Part shown: one piece after another, positions 28,184 to 38,716 of the stretch | Layout of the letters: the number at the start of each line of letters is the position of its first letter | Position numbering within the stretch: position 1 is the first letter of the stretch | NCBI GenBank assembly: GCA_902597015.1 | Contig: CACJWQ010000003.1 | Location: 25,434-89,433, forward strand | From: an uncultured Alphaproteobacteria bacterium | GTDB taxonomy: Bacteria; Pseudomonadota; Alphaproteobacteria; HIMB59; GCA-002718135 | Direction: 5' to 3' | DNA: 64,000 nt | The notes under the pieces: generated by a model | Databases searched by the model: none | What the model saw: the letters and a program-made list of their open reading frames with translations, nothing else | What the model was told of the DNA's origin: nothing | Translations under genes and position numbers: made by a program

Positions 28184-29294
28184 AATATTGATTTAGGTAA
28201 TTGTTTGACATTTCAGAAAGATTAAAACCGATACCTATTGATGAATTTAATAAAAGATTACCATCTCTTATTTTGACAGCAGGTTTCAAAATATCAGTTC
28301 TGAGTGCATTTTCATTAATATCATATTCTAAAAAACCACTTTGATTAATTGCAGACATTAAATGCGCTGAAGTAACCAAGCCTACAGCACCACCTAAATA
28401 ATGTAGATATAATTTATCAGTAACTATTTTATCTTTTAAACTTATTATTTGAGAAACACCTCCATACCTAGCAATATCTGGTTGTAAAAATTTAATTGAA
28501 GTATCATCATTTAATTTAACAAAGTTATTTATTTGAGTAATATTTTCACCAAAGGCTAAATTTTTATGATTATTTATTAAATTAATAATTTCATTAAAAG
28601 AATTATCAGCACTAATTGGCTCTTCTAACCAATAATATCTGAACTGATTTAATGCTTTAATATTTGAGTGAACTTTATCTATTTTCCAAGCTTGATTTAC
28701 ATCAATCATATAATCTTCAGAATCACTTAAAATTTTCTCAATTGATGCTAAACTTGAAATATCATCATTTAAATCATAACCAATTTTTATTTTAAATTTT
28801 TTTATTCCTAATTTTCTTGCTTCACTAATTCTTTCTTGGTGTTCGTCTCTATTAATTCCACTAGCATAAACTTGAATCTTATCTGAAGAATTACTATTAA
28901 TTAATTTGTTTAAAGGTATTTTTTTATTTTTTGAAAATAAGTCCCAACAAGCACAATCTATTCCGGAAATAATATTACTAAAAGCTCCATAATCACCACT
29001 TTGAATTTTTATTGAATTAAATTTATCACAAAAAAAATCATAAGGATCACTAGGTTTTTCAAAATTAAAATTTTTAAGTAAATTTACAAAATAATCTTTG
29101 AAAATTTCAAATCTATATCTACCAGCATGATTTGGGAAATTACACCATATTTCACCAAATCCACTGTTGTTATTTTGATCAATTAATTCAACTACTAACG
29201 ATGATCTAAAAGTCATTCTGCCGAATGAAGATAAAACTGGATTTTTATTCTTATACTTAAATAAGTGAATTTTGATTTTATTTACTTTAATCAT
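28173..29294 (-). CDS. Mandelate racemase/muconate lactonizing enzyme (enolase superfamily)
   Basis: GFGE, GIDCACWDL, YASG, KIKIG, IDVNQAW, WLEEP, GEN, QPDI. Confidence 0.88.
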   Translation of the reverse strand: MIKVNKIKIHLFKYKNKNPVLSSFGRMTFRSSLVVELIDQNNNSGFGEIWCNFPNHAGRYRFEIFKDYFVNLLKNFNFEKPSDPYDFFCDKFNSIKIQSGDYGAFSNIISGIDCACWDLFSKNKKIPLNKLINSNSSDKIQVYASGINRDEHQERISEARKLGIKKFKIKIGYDLNDDISSLASIEKILSDSEDYMIDVNQAWKIDKVHSNIKALNQFRYYWLEEPISADNSFNEIINLINNHKNLAFGENITQINNFVKLNDDTSIKFLQPDIARYGGVSQIISLKDKIVTDKLYLHYLGGAVGLVTSAHLMSAINQSGFLEYDINENALRTDILKPAVKIRDGNLLLNSSIGIGFNLSEMSNNYLNQYYEL

Positions 29295-29431
29295 TAAATT
29301 AGCAAATCATATATTGATTTTCTTTTATCTACATAAACTATCAATAATTGACATAATTAAAATCATAAATTTTAAAGAGAAATCCTCGTTACATTGAAAA
29401 AAATGCAATAATCACTAAATAGCATTACGAA

Positions 29432-30007
29432 ATGACTGATTATTTAGACTCTATAATTAAAAGAGATCCAGCTGCAAGAAGCAAGCTAAGTATCGTGCTT
29501 ACATACCCAGGAGTGAAGTCTGTTTTCTTTCATAGAATAGCAAACAATCTATGGAATTTAAATCTTTACACTTTAGCAAGAATAGTTTCTCAATTTAGTC
29601 GTTTTTTAACAGGGATTGAAATTCATCCAGCAGCTAAAATAGGTAAAAACCTATTTATTGATCATGGTATGGGAACTGTAATTGGAGAAACAAGCATAAT
29701 TGGAGATAATGTTACTTTATATCATGGTGTTACACTTGGAGGAATTAGTCCAGCAGAAAATTCCAATGATCAAAGAGATACAAAAAGACATCCAACAATA
29801 GAGGATAATGTAATCATAGGATGTGGAGCAAGTATTCTTGGCCCAATTAATATAGGGAGTTGTGCAAGAGTTGGAGCTAATACAGTAGTATTAAAAGATG
29901 TTCCCCCTTATGCAACAATGGTAGGAAATCCAGTTAAAAATATTAATATTAATAAGGATACTTCATTTAATCCATATGGTGTAAGAGATATTGATGATAA
30001 CAAATAA
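29432..30007 (+). CDS. cysE: Serine O-acetyltransferase
   Basis: [37 protein letters not shown]. Confidence 0.95.
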   Translation: MTDYLDSIIKRDPAARSKLSIVLTYPGVKSVFFHRIANNLWNLNLYTLARIVSQFSRFLTGIEIHPAAKIGKNLFIDHGMGTVIGETSIIGDNVTLYHGVTLGGISPAENSNDQRDTKRHPTIEDNVIIGCGASILGPINIGSCARVGANTVVLKDVPPYATMVGNPVKNININKDTSFNPYGVRDIDDNK

Positions 30008-30992
30008 TGTTACTCAATTAATTGGTAACACCCCCCTATTAAAATTAAAATACCCTTCAGAGATTTCAGGTTGTGAAATATACGGTAAAGCTGAATTTAT
30101 GAATCCAGCTGGTTCAGTGAAAGATAGAACAGCACTTGGTATTATCGAGGATGCAGAAGAAAGAAAATTATTAGAACCAGGTGGAACTGTCGTTGAAGGT
30201 ACTTTTGGGAATACAGGAATAGGCTTAGCATTAGTTTGTAATGCAAAAAATTATAATCTAGAAATTGTAATGCCTAACATAACCGTTCAATCTAAAAGAG
30301 ATATACTAAAAAATATGGGAGCAAAACTTCATTTAGTTGATGCAAAACCATATTCCGATTCTGGTAACTATCAAAAAGTTTCGCAGCAATTAGCTAAAGA
30401 TATTGAAAAACAAACAGGTAAAAAAACTTTTTGGGCTGGTCAATTTGAAAATTTAGCTAACTACAAATTTCATGAAAAAACAACATCTGCAGAAATTTTT
30501 AAACAAACAGATGGTAAAATAGATGGTTTCACATGTGCAATTGGAACTGGAGGAACTTTAACTGGTGTGAGTGTTGGGTTAAAATCAAAAAATAAAAAAA
30601 TTATTATCGCTTGTACAGATTCACAAGGATCATCAATGTTTAATTATTTTACTAATGGTAAACCAGAAAAAAAAGGAGAGGAATCAATTACTGAAGGTAT
30701 TGGACAAGCCAGAGTAACAAAAAATTTAGAAAATTGTCTTGTAGACCAATCATTTTTTGTTTCCGATCAAGAATGTATGGAAATGCTATTTAAAATTATG
30801 AAAACAGACGGATTATTTCTAGGATTAAGTTCTGGAGTAAATATATGCGGTGCAGTAAAACTGGCCAAATCAATGGGTAAAGGAAAAAAAATTGCGACAA
30901 TACTTTGTGATGATGCAAATAAATATTATGATAAGATGTTTAATAAAGAATATTTGATTTCCAAAAATTTACCTTATGCCGATTGGATGTAA
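29991..30992 (+). CDS. cysK: Cysteine synthase-family PLP enzyme (OAS sulfhydrylase or OAS-dependent cystathionine beta-synthase)
   Basis: [38 protein letters not shown]. The substrate loop reads TFGNT. Confidence 0.82.
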   Translation: MMITNNVTQLIGNTPLLKLKYPSEISGCEIYGKAEFMNPAGSVKDRTALGIIEDAEERKLLEPGGTVVEGTFGNTGIGLALVCNAKNYNLEIVMPNITVQSKRDILKNMGAKLHLVDAKPYSDSGNYQKVSQQLAKDIEKQTGKKTFWAGQFENLANYKFHEKTTSAEIFKQTDGKIDGFTCAIGTGGTLTGVSVGLKSKNKKIIIACTDSQGSSMFNYFTNGKPEKKGEESITEGIGQARVTKNLENCLVDQSFFVSDQECMEMLFKIMKTDGLFLGLSSGVNICGAVKLAKSMGKGKKIATILCDDANKYYDKMFNKEYLISKNLPYADWM

Positions 30993-30994
30993 TA

Positions 30995-32155
30995 ATGAAA
31001 ACTAAAGATAAAAAATTTAATTCTAAAGTAATTCATTCAGGTCATGGCGCTGATGAAACTACTGGTGCAGTAATGCCTCCTATTCATCTTTCATCGACTT
31101 TTAAGCAAAATTCTCCTGGTGACTTTACTTATGAATATGCAAGAACAGGAAACCCAACAAGAGATATATTAGAAAAGTTATTAGTTGAATTGGAGGATGG
31201 TAAATTTGCTTATGCTTTTAGCTCAGGTATGGCAGCAATTTCTGCATTATCGGATGCTTTAGGTAAAAAATATTCAATTATTTGTAGCGATGATGTTTAC
31301 GGTGGAACAAGAAGAATATTTGATAAAATTAAAACAGTGAATCAAGAAGTGGAAGTAACATATGCCGATCTTAGTAAAGAAAATAATTGGCAAGGTCATC
31401 TAAAAGAAAATACGAAAATGATTTGGGTTGAGACGCCCTCTAACCCATTACTAAAAATTATAGATATAAAAAAAATTAGAGAAAGCTTGAAAGATGATAA
31501 TATCATTATAATCTGTGATAATACTTTTGCATCACCATATAATCAGCAACCATTAAATTCTGGAGCTGATGTTGTTATACATTCGTCAACTAAATATCTT
31601 GGTGGGCATTCTGATATAATAGGTGGTGCATTAATTATAAATGATAATAAAATTTTAGCTGATAAAATTAAATATATTCAAAATGCAGTTGGTGCTGTTC
31701 CCAGTCCCTTTGATTGTTATTTACTTATTCGATCAATTAAGACACTTGCTGTAAGAATGGAGAGACACAATAATAACGCCTTAGAAATTGCTAATTATTT
31801 ATTAAAACATCCTAAAATTAAGAATGTATTTTACCCTGGACTAGAAAATAACCCAAGTTATGAAATTGCAAAAAAACAAATGAGCGGATTTGGAGGAATA
31901 TTATCAATTGAATTGATGGGTGATATTAATTCAGCAAAAAAATTTCTTGAAACAATTCAAATATTTACACTAGCAGAAAGTTTGGGTGGGGTTGAAAGTT
32001 TAATTGAGCATCCAGCTATAATGACACATGCATCAATAGATAAAAAAATTAGAGATGAATTAGGAATTTCTGATACCCTAATAAGACTTTCAATTGGGAT
32101 TGAAGATATTTCAGACTTAAAGAAATCTTTAGATGATGCTCTAAAAAATATTTAA
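30995..32155 (+). CDS. Cystathionine gamma-lyase/synthase (Cys/Met metabolism PLP enzyme)
   Basis: YEYARTGNPTR, FSSGMAA, DDVYGGT, ETPSNP, DNTFASP, HSSTKYLGGHSD, LAESLGGVESL. The start is placed at ATG 30995, after the cysK stop. Confidence 0.9.
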   Translation: MKTKDKKFNSKVIHSGHGADETTGAVMPPIHLSSTFKQNSPGDFTYEYARTGNPTRDILEKLLVELEDGKFAYAFSSGMAAISALSDALGKKYSIICSDDVYGGTRRIFDKIKTVNQEVEVTYADLSKENNWQGHLKENTKMIWVETPSNPLLKIIDIKKIRESLKDDNIIIICDNTFASPYNQQPLNSGADVVIHSSTKYLGGHSDIIGGALIINDNKILADKIKYIQNAVGAVPSPFDCYLLIRSIKTLAVRMERHNNNALEIANYLLKHPKIKNVFYPGLENNPSYEIAKKQMSGFGGILSIELMGDINSAKKFLETIQIFTLAESLGGVESLIEHPAIMTHASIDKKIRDELGISDTLIRLSIGIEDISDLKKSLDDALKNI

Positions 32156-32520
32156 ATTATTTTTTTCAAATCTGGAGGTGAATAATTAGGACCCTTCATA
32201 ACCTTACCAAATTCATTATAAATTGGCTTACCTTCCTCTGAAAGTTTACTCATATTACTACGATGAACTTCGTTAAAACATTTATCCAGATCTATACCAA
32301 AAGCAGCACCCGCTCCGTATGTTACAACTAAAATATCAGTTAATGCATCAGCAACTTCAACGATATCATTATCATTAATTGCATCTTTTAATTCATTAAA
32401 TTCTTCATCAATCAATTTTTTTCTTAATTCAACAATTTTATTTTCTGGAAATTCAGCACTAGTTTTTACTTCTTGACCAAAAGTTGTCATAAATTCTTTT
32501 ACTTTTTCAAAATTTGTCAT
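32152..32520 (-). CDS. MazG-like/PRA-PH nucleoside triphosphate pyrophosphohydrolase
   Basis: LIDEEFNEL, EVADALTDILVVTYG, EVHRSNMSK, GKVMKGPNY. GGGAG RBS precedes ATG 32520. Confidence 0.88.
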   Translation of the reverse strand: MTNFEKVKEFMTTFGQEVKTSAEFPENKIVELRKKLIDEEFNELKDAINDNDIVEVADALTDILVVTYGAGAAFGIDLDKCFNEVHRSNMSKLSEEGKPIYNEFGKVMKGPNYSPPDLKKII

Positions 32521-32538
32521 TTTATCTCCCAATAATAT

Positions 32539-33567
32539 TTATTTATAAAAAATATCGTTGTAAGTCACAACTATAAAGAGAAAAGATATTATTGTTATCC
32601 CCACAGCCAAATAAACTCTTGTAATAAACTCAGGAAGAGAGTTTGAAAAAATTCTTCTAATAATAAAATACATTATATGACCACCATCTAAAAGAGGAAT
32701 AGGAAGCAAATTAAATAAGCCTACAAATAAAGAAATTATTATAAATAAAAAAAGTACTCCCCTTACTTGATCAAGCATCATTTGATCTGCATTTTTTACA
32801 ATTCCTATAGGTCCAGCTAACTGATCTCCTAATGTATTTTCTTTATATGACTGTTGAAGGAATGAAAAAGAAGCTACATAGTACGTGGGAATAAATAAAG
32901 AAGAATTTTTTATTGAATCAATTAAATTATATTTATCAATAATAGGATTTTGAGGTGAAGATATTCCAATAATATACCTATTTAATTCTGAATTAAATTT
33001 TAGATTAAAGTTTTTTTCAATTATCTGATTATTTCTTTCAATTAAAATATTAATTATTGGATTATTACCAATTGCTTTTGGTATATCAGAAAACTCTTCA
33101 ATATTAATATTGTTTATCTCAAGTATTTTATCACCTTCTCTAAGATCATTTTCAAAAGCAGATGAATTTTCACTGACTGATCCAATAATTGGCATTAAAG
33201 TCACAATTCCAAAAAAGAAAAATATGCAAAATAGAGCAAACCATGCACTAAAAATATTAAAAATGCTTCCTGCTAAAAGTACTATTATTTTTTGAAAAAG
33301 TGTAAGGGATTGAAAGGATCCTTTTTCATCGTTAAGGTTTGGAGAAAATATATTATCAAGTCCTTTGATTTTTACATATCCACCCAATGGAATAGGAGAT
33401 AATTTCCATGTAGTGCCATTTTTATCAGTAAATTTTAAAAGTGGTTTGCCAAAACCGATTGAGAAGTCAGTAACTTCAGCTTTAAACCATCTAGCAACTA
33501 TATAATGTCCGTATTCATGGATTGCGACCAGGACTAAAAAAACTAAAATAAGATTAATATAAATCAT
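32539..33567 (-). CDS. rseP: Site-2 intramembrane metalloprotease with a PDZ domain
   Basis: HEYGH, FSIGFGK, IPLGGYVK, NLLPIPLLDGGH. Confidence 0.9.
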   Translation of the reverse strand: MIYINLILVFLVLVAIHEYGHYIVARWFKAEVTDFSIGFGKPLLKFTDKNGTTWKLSPIPLGGYVKIKGLDNIFSPNLNDEKGSFQSLTLFQKIIVLLAGSIFNIFSAWFALFCIFFFFGIVTLMPIIGSVSENSSAFENDLREGDKILEINNINIEEFSDIPKAIGNNPIINILIERNNQIIEKNFNLKFNSELNRYIIGISSPQNPIIDKYNLIDSIKNSSLFIPTYYVASFSFLQQSYKENTLGDQLAGPIGIVKNADQMMLDQVRGVLFLFIIISLFVGLFNLLPIPLLDGGHIMYFIIRRIFSNSLPEFITRVYLAVGITIISFLFIVVTYNDIFYK

Positions 33568-33610
33568 AATTGTTATTAAATTAGTGTTTTAATTTATTGA
33601 TAAATAGTAT

Positions 33611-36463
33611 TTATCCAGTTTTAGCCTCTTCGTATTCATTAATTGGAGGACAAACACAAAATAAATTTCTATCACCATATACATTATCAATTCTACTAAC
33701 TGGACTCCAGTATTTATTATTTATCAAATAAGCATGAGGGTAAGCAGCTTCTTTACGGGTATATTTATGATCCCAATTGTCAGAAGATACTTCTTCAATT
33801 GTATGTGGGGCATTTTTTATAGGATTGTCTACTTTATCAAATTTACCATCTTTAATCATAGTGATTTCATTGTGAATAGAAATCATTGCTTCACAAAATC
33901 TATCTAGTTCTTCTTTTGATTCACTTTCAGTAGGCTCAATCATTAGAGTACCAGGAACAGGAAAAGACATTGTAGGTGCATGAAATCCATAATCAATTAG
34001 TCTTTTAGCAATATCTTCATCTGAAACATTTAATTCTTGTTTAAATGGCCTAATATCTATAATGAATTCATGAGCCACCATATTATTCTTACCAGTATAT
34101 AAAATAGGGTAATAATTTTTTAATCTTTCTTTAATATAATTAGCATTTAATATTGCTACTTGAGTTGCTAATTTTAAACCATCGTCACCCATCATAGATA
34201 TATAAGAATATGAAATAGGTAAAATGGATGCACTTCCCCAAGGTGCAGCTGAAACTGCCTCCTGAGTGGTTAAACCTATTTCATTTTTAAACATGGGATG
34301 TCCAGGAGCAAATTCTGCTAAATGTTTTTTTAATCCTATAGCCCCAACTCCAGGCCCACCTCCTCCATGAGGTATACAGAATGTCTTATGGAGATTCATA
34401 TGGCATACATCAGGTCCAAATTTACCTGGTTTAGCTACACCAACCATTGCATTATAATTAGCGCCATCTAGATACACTTGGCCACCAGCATCATGAATTT
34501 TTTTACAAATCTCAACAATACTTTCTTCAAATACACCATGTGTTGATGGATATGTAATCATTAAAGCAGACAGTCTATCACCTGCCTCTTCTATTTTTTT
34601 ATCTAAGTGATTTAAATCTACATTACCTTTGTCATCACAGTTTACAATTAAAATATCCATACCGCACATCTGAGCACTGGCTGGATTAGTTCCATGGGCG
34701 CTTTTAGGAATTATACAAATATTTCTTTTAATATCTGAATTTTTCTCATGATATTTTTGTATAGCTAATAAACCAGCAAACTCTCCTTGTGCTCCTGCAT
34801 TAGGTTGAAGTGAAACTGCATCAAAACCAGTAATATCTTTTAACATCAATATTAATTCACTCATCATTTCATTATATCCCTCACGTTGATGGGGCTCTAA
34901 GAATGGATGCGCATTTGAAAAACCTGGTAATGTAATTGGAAGCATTTCGGATGCCGCATTTAATTTCATAGTACAAGATCCAAGAGGAATCATTGATCTA
35001 TTTAAAGCAACGTCTTTATTTTCTAATTTTTTTAAATATCTCATCATTTCTGTTTCAGAATGATAGATATTAAATACAGGATGAGTTAATATTTTATCTT
35101 TTCTATCTAAATCACTTTTGAAAATCGAACCTTCAATTTTACTTTCAATTTCTTCTGCGTATATTTCATTATTGTTTTCATTAAAAAATTTAATTAAATT
35201 ATCTACATCTTGTAGTGATGTAGTTTCATCTAAGGAAATAGAAAAATGATCGTCATTTACAAATCTAAAATTTATACCATTGTCTATAGATTTATTTACC
35301 CAGTATTTAGATTTTGTATCTTTTATTAATAATGTATCAAAATAATTTTTAGATTTTACTTCAAAATTTAATATCTCTAATGATTTCTTTAGATATCTAG
35401 ACTTATAATGAATGTCCTCAGCAATATTTTTTAATCTAGTTGGACCATGATATATTGCATATGAAGCAGATATAATTGCTAATAAAGCTTGTGCAGTACA
35501 TATATTACTTGTAGCTTTTTCCCTTCTTATGTGTTGCTCACGAGTTTGAAGAGCCATTCTGTAAGATCTTTTATTAGTACGATCAACTGATACACCAATT
35601 AGTCTTCCAGGTATCATTCTTTTATATTCATCTAATGTTGCAAAATATGCTGCGTGTGGACCTCCTAGACCCATTGGAACTCCAAACCTTTGAGTACTTC
35701 CAACAACTATATCAGCTCCAAAATCTTTTGGTGATTTCATAACTACCAAACTCATTATATCAGCTGCTATGATTGATAACGCATCATGAGATTTATTTAT
35801 ATTTATTAAATCGTTGAGATTTGCAATTTCTCCGTATGTATCTGGATTTTGAATTAAACAACCAAATGTATCATCATCTGGATTATCAAAAATAATTTTT
35901 ATACCTAGGGGTTTAGCTCTTGTTTTTAAGACAGATAGTGTTTGTGGATGACATTTATTTTGAATACAAAAAGTAAACTTTGCACTTTTTTTAATTTTAA
36001 AAGCCATCATCATAGCCTCAGCTGCCGCAGTACTTTCATCAAGTAAAGATGCATTTGCAATATCCATTCCAGTCAAATCAATTATCATTTGTTGAAAATT
36101 CATTAACATTTCTAACCTACCCTGACTTACTTCTGGTTGATAAGGTGTGTAAGCAGTGTACCATCCTGGATTTTCAAGAATATTTCTTAAAATAACACTA
36201 GGGGTAATAGTGTTGTAATAACCCATTCCAATATAAGTTTTTTTGAAATTATTTTTCAAAGATAAAAGTTGAGTATTAATTTTATTAAACTCCTCAGACA
36301 TACCAGGTCTAAATTTAAGTTTATCTTTAAAAATGATATGATTTGGTACCGTTTTTTCAATTAATTCATCTAATGATGTGCAATTTATTAATTTGAGCAT
36401 TTCTCCAATATCTTCATTTCTAGGTCCTATATGTCTGCTAACAAATTTATCTAAATCAATCAT
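33611..36463 (-). CDS. gcvP: Glycine dehydrogenase (decarboxylating), P protein
   Basis: RHIGP, YTAYTPYQPEVSQGRLE, REKATSNICTAQ, PLGSCTMKLN, HMNLHKTFCIPHGGGGPG. Confidence 0.98.
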   Translation of the reverse strand: MIDLDKFVSRHIGPRNEDIGEMLKLINCTSLDELIEKTVPNHIIFKDKLKFRPGMSEEFNKINTQLLSLKNNFKKTYIGMGYYNTITPSVILRNILENPGWYTAYTPYQPEVSQGRLEMLMNFQQMIIDLTGMDIANASLLDESTAAAEAMMMAFKIKKSAKFTFCIQNKCHPQTLSVLKTRAKPLGIKIIFDNPDDDTFGCLIQNPDTYGEIANLNDLININKSHDALSIIAADIMSLVVMKSPKDFGADIVVGSTQRFGVPMGLGGPHAAYFATLDEYKRMIPGRLIGVSVDRTNKRSYRMALQTREQHIRREKATSNICTAQALLAIISASYAIYHGPTRLKNIAEDIHYKSRYLKKSLEILNFEVKSKNYFDTLLIKDTKSKYWVNKSIDNGINFRFVNDDHFSISLDETTSLQDVDNLIKFFNENNNEIYAEEIESKIEGSIFKSDLDRKDKILTHPVFNIYHSETEMMRYLKKLENKDVALNRSMIPLGSCTMKLNAASEMLPITLPGFSNAHPFLEPHQREGYNEMMSELILMLKDITGFDAVSLQPNAGAQGEFAGLLAIQKYHEKNSDIKRNICIIPKSAHGTNPASAQMCGMDILIVNCDDKGNVDLNHLDKKIEEAGDRLSALMITYPSTHGVFEESIVEICKKIHDAGGQVYLDGANYNAMVGVAKPGKFGPDVCHMNLHKTFCIPHGGGGPGVGAIGLKKHLAEFAPGHPMFKNEIGLTTQEAVSAAPWGSASILPISYSYISMMGDDGLKLATQVAILNANYIKERLKNYYPILYTGKNNMVAHEFIIDIRPFKQELNVSDEDIAKRLIDYGFHAPTMSFPVPGTLMIEPTESESKEELDRFCEAMISIHNEITMIKDGKFDKVDNPIKNAPHTIEEVSSDNWDHKYTRKEAAYPHAYLINNKYWSPVSRIDNVYGDRNLFCVCPPINEYEEAKTG

Positions 36464-36835
36464 CTATTGTTCCAAAAATTGTTTATATTCATCTTTTGAC
36501 ATAAGTTCAGAATATTGATTTGAATCAGAAATTTTCATTTTAAAAATCCATCCCTCATTTTCTGCATCTTGATTAATAATAGCAGCGTCATTTTCTAAAT
36601 TATTATTAACTTCAATTATTTCTCCATCTATTGGAGCGTAAATATCAGAAGCCGCTTTTACAGATTCAACGACACATATTTCATCTTTTGCTTTAACCAA
36701 ATTTCCAACTGATGGTAATTCAATAAAAACTATATCTCCAAGAGATTCTTGGGCGTGATTGCTAATACCAATTGTAGCAATTTCATTTTCAATTGAAACC
36801 CATTCATGATCTTTTGTATATTTTTTTTCACTCAT
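36464..36835 (-). CDS. gcvH: Glycine cleavage H protein
   Basis: YTKDHEW, LGDIVFIELP, VESVKAASD (lipoyl Lys). Start placed at ATG 36835. Confidence 0.96.
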   Translation of the reverse strand: MSEKKYTKDHEWVSIENEIATIGISNHAQESLGDIVFIELPSVGNLVKAKDEICVVESVKAASDIYAPIDGEIIEVNNNLENDAAIINQDAENEGWIFKMKISDSNQYSELMSKDEYKQFLEQ

Positions 36836-37952
36836 ATGTGCTCCCATTTTTTTTATAATTTTTTTTTACGAAAGGTAGATTATTAATTTTTACTAATTCT
36901 AATTTTTTTCTAATTTCACAAAAAATTGGATTATCAGAATTGAATTCAGATTTTATATAACCAATAGCAATAGATTTGTTAAGATTAGGAGAGAAACATC
37001 CACTTGTTATTTTGCCAATTTCATTATTATTATTATCGAATAATTTCATTCCATCTCTTAGCATTGATTTATTGGTAGAAATTAGTCCTATTTTTTTATT
37101 AGATAATTTATTTTTTAATTGATCAGATAAAATTTTATTTCCATTTAAATTTTTATCTTCTAATCTTTCTTTATCTAAAGCCCATGATAAACCAGCTTCT
37201 ATTGGTGTAATATTTTCATTTAATTCATGACCATATAAACTTAATCCAGCCTCAAGCCTTAGTGAATCTCTAGAACCTAAACCACAAAGCATTGTATTTT
37301 TATTTTTAAGTAAATCAGTAATTAACTTTTCTGCACTTTCGTTTGGAAGAGAAAGTTCAAAACCATCTTCACCAGTATAACCTGATCTACTTACTATTAT
37401 TTCATTGTTGTTATATTTACTTATTAAAATATCAAAAAAATTCATATTATTTGGAATGTCAATAATGTTTTTTAAAACATTAAAAGAGTCTGGTCCTTGG
37501 ATCGCGAATAAACAATTTATATTATAAATTTTTTCTGCATTAGGGGCACAAGAAATAAAAATTTCTTCGTCTTCTTTTTTTCGAGATGCATTATAAACAA
37601 TATATAAATATGACTTATTTTTAATATAAATATTTGAAACAATTAGATCATCAATAACACCGCCATCTTTATTTAGTAAAAATGAATAGTGGGATCTATT
37701 TTTAATTAATTTTTTTAATTTTAATGGAATATATTTTTCTAATTTATCTAAATATGATTCTTTATTTTCAATTAATATTTGACCCATGTGACTAACATCA
37801 AAAATTCCAGAGTGGTTTCTGACGTTTTTGTGTTCATTAATTATTCCAGTTTTATAATTAATAGGCATATTAAAACCTGCAAAAGGCAATATTTTTGCAC
37901 CATTATTTTGATGAAAATTTTTCAGTGGAATGTCTATTGGTAACTGGTTCAA
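36828..37952 (-). CDS. gcvT: Glycine cleavage T protein (aminomethyltransferase)
   Basis: PFAGFNMP, FDVSHMGQ, SRSGYTGEDGFE, GLGSRDSLRLEAG. The likely start is TTG at 37952 with a GGAG RBS at 37960-37963; the ORF-track extension lies inside the riboswitch. Confidence 0.95.
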   Translation of the reverse strand: MNQLPIDIPLKNFHQNNGAKILPFAGFNMPINYKTGIINEHKNVRNHSGIFDVSHMGQILIENKESYLDKLEKYIPLKLKKLIKNRSHYSFLLNKDGGVIDDLIVSNIYIKNKSYLYIVYNASRKKEDEEIFISCAPNAEKIYNINCLFAIQGPDSFNVLKNIIDIPNNMNFFDILISKYNNNEIIVSRSGYTGEDGFELSLPNESAEKLITDLLKNKNTMLCGLGSRDSLRLEAGLSLYGHELNENITPIEAGLSWALDKERLEDKNLNGNKILSDQLKNKLSNKKIGLISTNKSMLRDGMKLFDNNNNEIGKITSGCFSPNLNKSIAIGYIKSEFNSDNPIFCEIRKKLELVKINNLPFVKKNYKKNGSTYE

Positions 37953-37968
37953 ATAAAATCTCCATTTA

Positions 37969-38111
37969 CCCCTCTGTCTTTTTACCTGAGAGCTTTTCAC
38001 CTTCGGTAGAGCTAAATGCTCTTTTCCAGAGTTTATTTTTAACGGTCCATTTTGCCTGAGAGTTTCCGGGTCGTTGCTCCTTCGGCTCTGAAAATCAGTA
38101 TCTCCCGTTAA
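37969..38111 (-). ncRNA. Tandem glycine riboswitch upstream of gcvTHP
   Basis: Minus strand: TTAACGGGAGA..GCCGAAGGAGCAA..GAAACTCTCAGGCAAAATGGACCGTTAA, then CTCTGGAAA..CCGAAGGTGAAAAGCTCTCAGGTAAAAAGACAGAGGGG. These are two aptamers with the conserved CCGAAG and CTCTCAGG motifs. Confidence 0.95.
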
Positions 38112-38143
38112 TTATTTGTATACTTATTTTTATAATTTAACAA

Positions 38144-38716
38144 TTAATTTAGAGGTATTTTATTATTAATTTTTGATTTTTGGTAAATTTCTGACAATTT
38201 TTGATACTCTTCTTTAATCAGATTGATTTTATTAGATAATGATCCTTCTAAGCCTAATCTTTTAATTTCTGATAAAATTGAGTAACTTTGCCAATAATCA
38301 TTATTAATATTATATTTACCATCTTTGATCTTAAAAACCTCTGTCAAAATTTTGAGATCATGAGGAATATGGAAACCTTCCTTTGTATCAGTATATGAAA
38401 AAAAATAGTAAAAATTGTCAAATCCCGCCCAAGTAATGGCTGATAAACACATAGAACAGGGCTGATGCGTACTTATGAAATAATAATCTTTTGTATTAAA
38501 TAGTTTTTTTTCAAATAAATTAAAAAGAGTTGAAATTTCTCCATGGAATAATGGATTTTTGATTTCCTGATTTGTACCTAGGCAAACGAGACTTAGGTCA
38601 GATTTTTTAACTATAAATCCACCAAATATTTTATTTCCTTCCTTTATTGATGTATATGTTAATGGAATTAGATCATCGATAATAATATCTAAAATTCTTT
38701 GATAATTACTAATCAT
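38144..38716 (-). CDS. Zinc-dependent nucleoside/nucleobase deaminase (CDA fold)
   Basis: GNKIFGG, NPLFHGE, HQPCSMC. Confidence 0.88.
   Translation of the reverse strand: MISNYQRILDIIIDDLIPLTYTSIKEGNKIFGGFIVKKSDLSLVCLGTNQEIKNPLFHGEISTLFNLFEKKLFNTKDYYFISTHQPCSMCLSAITWAGFDNFYYFFSYTDTKEGFHIPHDLKILTEVFKIKDGKYNINNDYWQSYSILSEIKRLGLEGSLSNKINLIKEEYQKLSEIYQKSKINNKIPLN

Noticed and set aside
37953-38000. N-terminal extension MKSSQVKRQRGKWRFY of GcvT as a leader peptide
   Set aside because: It is the read-through of riboswitch aptamer 2. The RBS supports the TTG start at 37952.
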